Source of the DNA: an uncultured virus (IMG/VR IMGVR_UViG_3300040801_002299)
Lineage: Duplodnaviria; Heunggongvirae; Uroviricota; Caudoviricetes
Virus record (IMG/VR): IMGVR_UViG_3300040801_002299
Length of the DNA stretch: 64,000 bases
Direction: 5' to 3' (one strand)
The first letter of the stretch is position 1. Each line of letters opens with the position of its first letter. Made by a program: the position numbers and the translations under genes. The notes below the pieces were generated by a model. It had not been told where the DNA came from. It saw only the letters and a list, made by a program, of their open reading frames with translations, and made no database searches. This document shows positions 59,352-64,000 of this stretch, piece after piece.

Positions 59352-60131
59352 TCAGTTGCTGACCTGAGTCTGGATCGAAGCAGCGACCTCGGGTTCGATC
59401 AAGTCACCACCAATCGTGACCTTCTCGTAGTTGTCGCTCTTGAGGGAGATGGTCTTCATGCTGACCGTCTTGCTCTTGATCGCCTTGTTGATGGCGTTGT
59501 CCATGAGCACCTTGGGACCAGAGTTGACCGTCTTGTAGACACCCTCTTCGATGGTCTTTCGACCGATTTCGATGACGCTCAACATCACACTCTTGACCTT
59601 GGGCAGACCATTGTGCAGGACCAGTTCAGTCCCATCTTTGCCCTTCACAGTCTCAAAGTGGACCTTGACACCCATGGCCGACTTGGCGTAGAAAGTGTCG
59701 TGGGCCTGGCGATGAGCGTCAGAGCGATCACCTTCCAGAGTCTTGGTCATGCTTTCCAGCATCTTGCCGATGCAAGTGTGGAACTGAGCCCGCTGCTTAT
59801 CTTCGCTCAGGGCGAGCAGCTTGGGAGCAGTGATCGTCAAGTCCTCAAACTTGAGCGACTTCAGGGCTTCGATCTTACGCTGGTACAGAGCCTGCGTCGA
59901 GAAGCGGCTGATGAAGTTGATGTTGACAGTCGGGGACTTGTCATAGTTGCTGGTAGGCTTGTAGCCATGCACAGTGGCGAACCCACCCTTCTGGGTCGCT
60001 TCCAGGGCAGCGAGCGTGTCGATCTGCTCCTGGGTGGCATAGCACTCACGATCACCGATCGTGGTCTTGATGAGGCCAGTCGTGTGCAGAACACCTGCGA
60101 CGACGCTGGGGGAGGTTTGGGTCTTGGTCAT
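59352..60131 (-). CDS. hypothetical protein, strongly biased codon use
   Basis: AAGGAG SD before ATG 60131; promoter 60215. Confidence 0.75.
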   Translation of the reverse strand: MTKTQTSPSVVAGVLHTTGLIKTTIGDRECYATQEQIDTLAALEATQKGGFATVHGYKPTSNYDKSPTVNINFISRFSTQALYQRKIEALKSLKFEDLTITAPKLLALSEDKQRAQFHTCIGKMLESMTKTLEGDRSDAHRQAHDTFYAKSAMGVKVHFETVKGKDGTELVLHNGLPKVKSVMLSVIEIGRKTIEEGVYKTVNSGPKVLMDNAINKAIKSKTVSMKTISLKSDNYEKVTIGGDLIEPEVAASIQTQVSN

Positions 60132-60223
60132 GTCAGCTCCTTTGTAGTGCTGGGTTATTTGAACTGTCACTCACTGTGACGTTTTGAATCATAACGATGG
60201 GTTAGGAATTGTCAATACTTTGT

Positions 60224-60589
60224 TTACATCCATCCACTGCTGTATCGGGCTTCAATCTCATCATCGGTCATTCGGGCCATTTCAGCATCGTGATAGTTAT
60301 CCTGATACGCTTTCGACCCATACATGTGCCGATCCCACATCCACTCGTCGTAGGAAGTTTCAATGTCCAGATCACCACGAGCAGCCTGACGTTCAAAGAT
60401 TTGAGCAAGCCGTTGGGCATGAGCCTCATCAACCACTTCGCCCTTGTAGAAGTACGAGTTGCCGTATTCAGTGAAGCCTTCTACGGCCCACGCCACACCA
60501 AACATACGACCCTGAGGGTTATCCATGTCAGCATATTCCGGATTACAGCCGAGAAAAGATTCAGTCTGGTGAACGCGAAAGGTGGTCAT
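60224..60589 (-). CDS. hypothetical protein
   Basis: GGAG SD. Confidence 0.7.
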   Translation of the reverse strand: MTTFRVHQTESFLGCNPEYADMDNPQGRMFGVAWAVEGFTEYGNSYFYKGEVVDEAHAQRLAQIFERQAARGDLDIETSYDEWMWDRHMYGSKAYQDNYHDAEMARMTDDEIEARYSSGWM

Positions 60590-60624
60590 GGTGGTGTCTC
60601 CAAGTTAGTGGTGGGGTTCTCTGA

Positions 60625-60933
60625 TTAGATACCGAATCGTGCGTGGGCGAAGACATGCATGGGATACCCATGATCGTCCGCCCAATCGGCGATCATGTTG
60701 AGTGCATCATCCAGCACATCGAAGTGCTGGGTGTCATCGGGGTGGTCCGTGACCCAACCACCATCAACCCATTCGGGTGACCAGTGGATAGTGAAACGAC
60801 CGTCAGCAGTCACGATAACGGCACTGAGTGCGTAGATAGTGCTGGTGCGACGGACGACCAACTCGTTATCAGTCTCCGACTGGGCGACGATGACGTAGTG
60901 ATCTTGGGGGCTGGTGTGGTGTATGATGTTCAT
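60625..60933 (-). CDS. hypothetical protein (possibly leaderless)
   Basis: ATG 7 nt after TATGAT. Confidence 0.7.
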   Translation of the reverse strand: MNIIHHTSPQDHYVIVAQSETDNELVVRRTSTIYALSAVIVTADGRFTIHWSPEWVDGGWVTDHPDDTQHFDVLDDALNMIADWADDHGYPMHVFAHARFGI

Positions 60934-61065
60934 GCTCTAGATCATAAGCGTTGGGAAGGTGTGTCAAGTTATTCATTTCGATGAAAATATACTTGCACTA
61001 GCTGGATTTCATAGTATGGAGTTACCCACATATTCATTAGGGTGAAAGGGGCCAGATAAGGAAAT

Positions 61066-61100
61066 AAAAAGCCCACCCCAGCGTCCCGGGGTGGGCACAT
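61066..61100 (-). terminator. intrinsic terminator, near-identical copy at about 63670-63706
   Basis: AAAAAGCCCACCCCAGCGTCCC(G/A)GGGTGGGCACATC occurs twice. Confidence 0.8.
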
Positions 61101-61143
61101 CTCAATCGGCTCAAGTAACAAGCTCTGTGCCTATGAGTTGATT

Positions 61144-62522
61144 TTACGGGGCGTATTCATAGATGTCCCTCTCTTCGATGGTTCCATCCTCGACGTTCTC
61201 GACCAGAGCATCTCGGAGATCATCTGTTGATTCAGAGTCGTAGCAGGCGAACCCATAGTTCTCCAGGACAGCGATGACCTGCTCACGACTCATCCAGTTG
61301 ACGGTGCGACGAGTATCCATCACATGCACTCCTCGCAACCCCACTCTTCGTCCTGGTCAGGATCATCGTCGTGGAAGTCTGGGATCAGATCAGGGGGAAG
61401 CTGGCGAGCGAACTTCAGACCCTGACTCTCCAGATCAGCACGGCTGGTGTGGAGATTGGGAGTGGCTTCGGCACTGTTGTAGATCTTCGCACCGCAGTTC
61501 TCGCACTTGTCGTACTTGAAGGCGATGAACGCACCACGCTGGTATGGGCACGGGGCGAAGTGGGTCAGACCCTGAATCATACGATTGAAGTCCGACTGGC
61601 TGATGCTGATGGTGGCACTCATGGGTTCTCCATAGTTGGTGGATTCGATGCATTGCATCATATGGATTATCCAGGTATGTCAAATCCCATTTCGTTCGAT
61701 GTCTTTGATTAGGGCTTTCACATCATCGTATGGCATAGGGCTACTTGAAGTAATCGTAGCCGACGTGCCGATGAACAGGTCACATGCCTGGATGAATGGG
61801 ATGAACATGATCCACCAAGGAAGCATTCCCTGACCCACCATGATGGCAAGGGCGATCAACACACCCCAGAAGTTCAAGGAGAACTTCTTGGTCCGACTCC
61901 ACTGGTGAGGATTCTCCTGATAGTTGTATTCGATGTTGTCGAAGTTGAGACGGAAGTATGCACTCATGTTGCTTTGACCTCTGCGATGATGAACTGGACA
62001 AGCCAGATGATACCGAAGATGGAGAACCCAAGGCCGCCGAGCCAGCCAGTGAAGGCCATGATCGCATGAAGCATGAAGTTGGGTTTACCACTTCCGATGT
62101 TGACGATGGCAATCAGAAAGCTCACGATGAACACTCCGATTGAAACGAAAAAGAGAGTTGGGATCACGCGATTACTCCTAGAATATCAAGGGTCATCCAG
62201 ACGTAGCATCCCAGCAAGAACCCCAGGAGTGGGGCAGCCATTGCCAGATCTTTCATCCACTGTGGCGAAGGCTCTTCTTGGGGAGCGAATACCTGGTCGT
62301 CATGTTTGATTGCTTGACGGCGACTCATCAAATCATTCCCAACGCCAGGAGGATTGAAGGATTACCATGGGGGCAAGTGCCGTCAGGTTCGACTTCGCAT
62401 CCATCTTCGCAGCATGCGGGCACGATACCTTCCAGAACCAAGCCGTTCAGGTCTTCGAACTCCAATCCATGAAGTTCAAGGGTCTCATCGACAGAAAGCT
62501 TCCGACTCATAGTGTTCTCCAT
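61144..62522 (-). CDS. cluster of small hypothetical ORFs (61144-61320, 61320-61622, 61680-61967, 61964-62167, 62328-62522)
   Basis: Coupled ORFs; two hydrophobic; 62328 has a CEVEPDGTCPHG metal-binding pattern. Confidence 0.6.
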
Positions 62523-62570
62523 GTGGGTGGTGATGCACTAGATCATATGTCTAGTGAAGGATTGTCAACA

Positions 62571-63023
62571 CTATTCCAACACAGCTCCTGCCAGCTTGAT
62601 GTATGCACGACTCTCGGTGGTATCATAGACATACTCACCGTCATAGTCCTGCCAGCGTGCGAGCATACGCTCCAGGGCCTGCACAGGGACTCCATGTACG
62701 TTCTCCCAATTGCCGATGCACTTGACGACCAGGACATCAGCACCATGCTTCTCTGCCATGTCGAGATACGGCTTCATCTCCTTCATCGTGGTGTTGGTGT
62801 TTGCCACGATGGAGGAGCCACCACACACCAGATCGTTCTCGACATTCAACTGGCAGGCTTTGTGAGCAGCACCCAGCTTGGAAGGGTCGAACTGGTATTC
62901 GCCATCCTTCATGAAGTATTGGTCAGCTTCCCAGACCTTGCAGCCCAGCATTTCAGCGATCTTGGCAGCCACAGTGGACTTGCCGCTGCCGGGGATGCCA
63001 CGGATGATTACGAGCTTGGTCAT
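62571..63023 (-). CDS. P-loop polynucleotide-kinase-like protein (AAA_33 / N4BP2-like)
   Basis: IIRGIPGSGKST, EADQYF, AHKAC, VANTNT, NVHGVP. Confidence 0.85.
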   Translation of the reverse strand: MTKLVIIRGIPGSGKSTVAAKIAEMLGCKVWEADQYFMKDGEYQFDPSKLGAAHKACQLNVENDLVCGGSSIVANTNTTMKEMKPYLDMAEKHGADVLVVKCIGNWENVHGVPVQALERMLARWQDYDGEYVYDTTESRAYIKLAGAVLE

Positions 63024-63032
63024 TGATTCTCC

Positions 63033-63230
63033 TCAGTCGTTGAAGACAGTATAGTTCTTGCCACGGAAAGTAAAGACCCAAAACTCCACTTCATTGTCAG
63101 TGTTTCGACTTGGAGTTGCTTTCCGATAGTCGAATCGCATGTCATTGGCTTCGGGCATGGGAGGATTCCCATTGGCAGAGAGATCACTCATCTCCGTGCA
63201 GTATCCATCGGGTACTTTCATCCAAACCAT
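63033..63230 (-). CDS. hypothetical protein
   Basis: GGAG SD before ATG 63230. Confidence 0.6.
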   Translation of the reverse strand: MVWMKVPDGYCTEMSDLSANGNPPMPEANDMRFDYRKATPSRNTDNEVEFWVFTFRGKNYTVFND

Positions 63231-63286
63231 GTGGTGTCTCCATGTTGGTGGTTGATGTATCAGATCATATGGAATGGGAAGGGGTG

Positions 63287-63607
63287 TCAATCGTAATCGA
63301 CGCCACCCCAGGTGTGGTGATCTGTGACGAAGACTCGGACTCCCACTTCGTCAGTGTATGCGAGAACCCCTACATGCACCATACCACTCTCGCAGTAATG
63401 ATACTCGCCGGCTCTGATAGAATCCGATTTGAAGACCTGCTCGCGTACGGAACGAATCAGACTATAGAGGATATTCTGAGTCTTGAACGTATCGGAGTGA
63501 ACTGCCGGATTCTTCTCTTTCAGTTCATCGTGGTATCGGTCTGCCATGTCAGGGACCTGGATTTCAGCCTTGGCGAGGGCTCTCATCACTTTGTTCTTGT
63601 TGGTCAT
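63287..63607 (-). CDS. hypothetical protein
   Basis: GGAG SD before ATG 63607. Confidence 0.65.
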   Translation of the reverse strand: MTNKNKVMRALAKAEIQVPDMADRYHDELKEKNPAVHSDTFKTQNILYSLIRSVREQVFKSDSIRAGEYHYCESGMVHVGVLAYTDEVGVRVFVTDHHTWGGVDYD

Positions 63608-63724
63608 AGTGTCTCCATGTTGGTGGTTGATGCACTCATCATATGGAATGGGAAGGAGTGTCAAGATATAAAAAAGCCCACCCCAGCGTCCCAGGGTGGG
63701 CACATCCAAACACCTATTGGTTTA

Positions 63725-63800
63725 TGGTGAGTCGTGCAGGGCTCGAACCTGCGACCCGGTGATTAAAAGTCACCTGCTCTACCAACTGAGCTAACGACCC
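63725..63800 (-). tRNA. trnK-UUU: tRNA-Lys(UUU)
   Basis: 76-nt cloverleaf, CT-TTT-AA loop, TTCGAGC, CCA; own promoter at 63842. Confidence 0.96.
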
Positions 63801-63838
63801 TCGTGTTGTAACTCCATTATATGTGTATTATTGGAAAG

Positions 63839-64000
63839 TCAATCTTCCTTTACGAACTTGGTTCCACGGGGAAGATGACGAAGTTTACCTTGACCATCAT
63901 GAGCCCTCGCTGAGTTCAGATGCCAGAGAGCTTCCTCCTCTTTGGTCTCGGATGGCTTGTCGCTCAACCCACTGATCGGGCTGACAGTTCCCATGCTGGG
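63839..64000 (-). CDS. partial hypothetical protein (continues beyond the window)
   Basis: Open frame to the window edge; TGA stop inside the tRNA-Lys -35 box. Confidence 0.5.
   Translation of the reverse strand, partial: PSMGTVSPISGLSDKPSETKEEEALWHLNSARAHDGQGKLRHLPRGTKFVKED

Larger units (their letters stand above)
46698..63842 (-). promoter_or_regulatory. series of - strand promoters (same class as the + arm)
   Basis: -35 boxes begin at 46725, 49009, 49232, 50758, 51810, 52443, 53426, 54521, 55923, 56344, 57438, 58319, 58690, 59280, 60215, 60967, 61683, 62568, 63290, 63664, 63842. Confidence 0.85.

Noticed and set aside
45533..60179. Long + strand ORFs (45533-46624, 48049-48999, 53492-54511, 59325-60179)
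   Set aside because: Antisense shadows of codon-biased - strand genes; no SD or recognisable motifs
52192..63709. Apparent paralog motif LPIPY at the N-termini of three ORFs
   Set aside because: It is the translation of the repeated promoter sequence; true starts are downstream

Overview
The window looks like an internal segment of a large lytic (probably jumbo) bacteriophage genome. It has dense short ORFs, rIIA/rIIB, tRNAs with encoded CCA and no cellular housekeeping operons. There are three zones. (1) 1-34.4 kb is AT-rich and mostly + strand: accessory and metabolic genes (SLOG, LemA-like, NadD, NAD kinase, PspC, RlmN-like radical SAM, HAD, Bfd), interrupted by a minus-strand operon with a 3252-aa beta-propeller-repeat protein and a heparinase II/III-like lyase. 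(2) 34.4-35.1 kb is non-coding, with helically phased tandem repeats (origin- or terminus-like). (3) 35.1-64 kb is a more GC-rich, probably early region with two arms converging at about 45.5 kb, built from promoter-gene cassettes. Strongest observations: a tRNA-Leu(UAA) split by a group IA-like intron whose HNH ORF runs through the ribozyme core; about 38 sigma70-like promoters with a short 15-16 bp spacer, often driving apparently leaderless genes, whose TTGA supplies the stop codon of the upstream gene in at least 14 cases; a dispersed bipartite intergenic element (TTG-N11-TTTCATAGTA plus TAAGGGGCCAG); several candidate structured ncRNAs; and three tRNAs that read exactly the A/T-rich codons used by the AT-rich zone. 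All protein family calls are by-eye motif recognition, not database searches.
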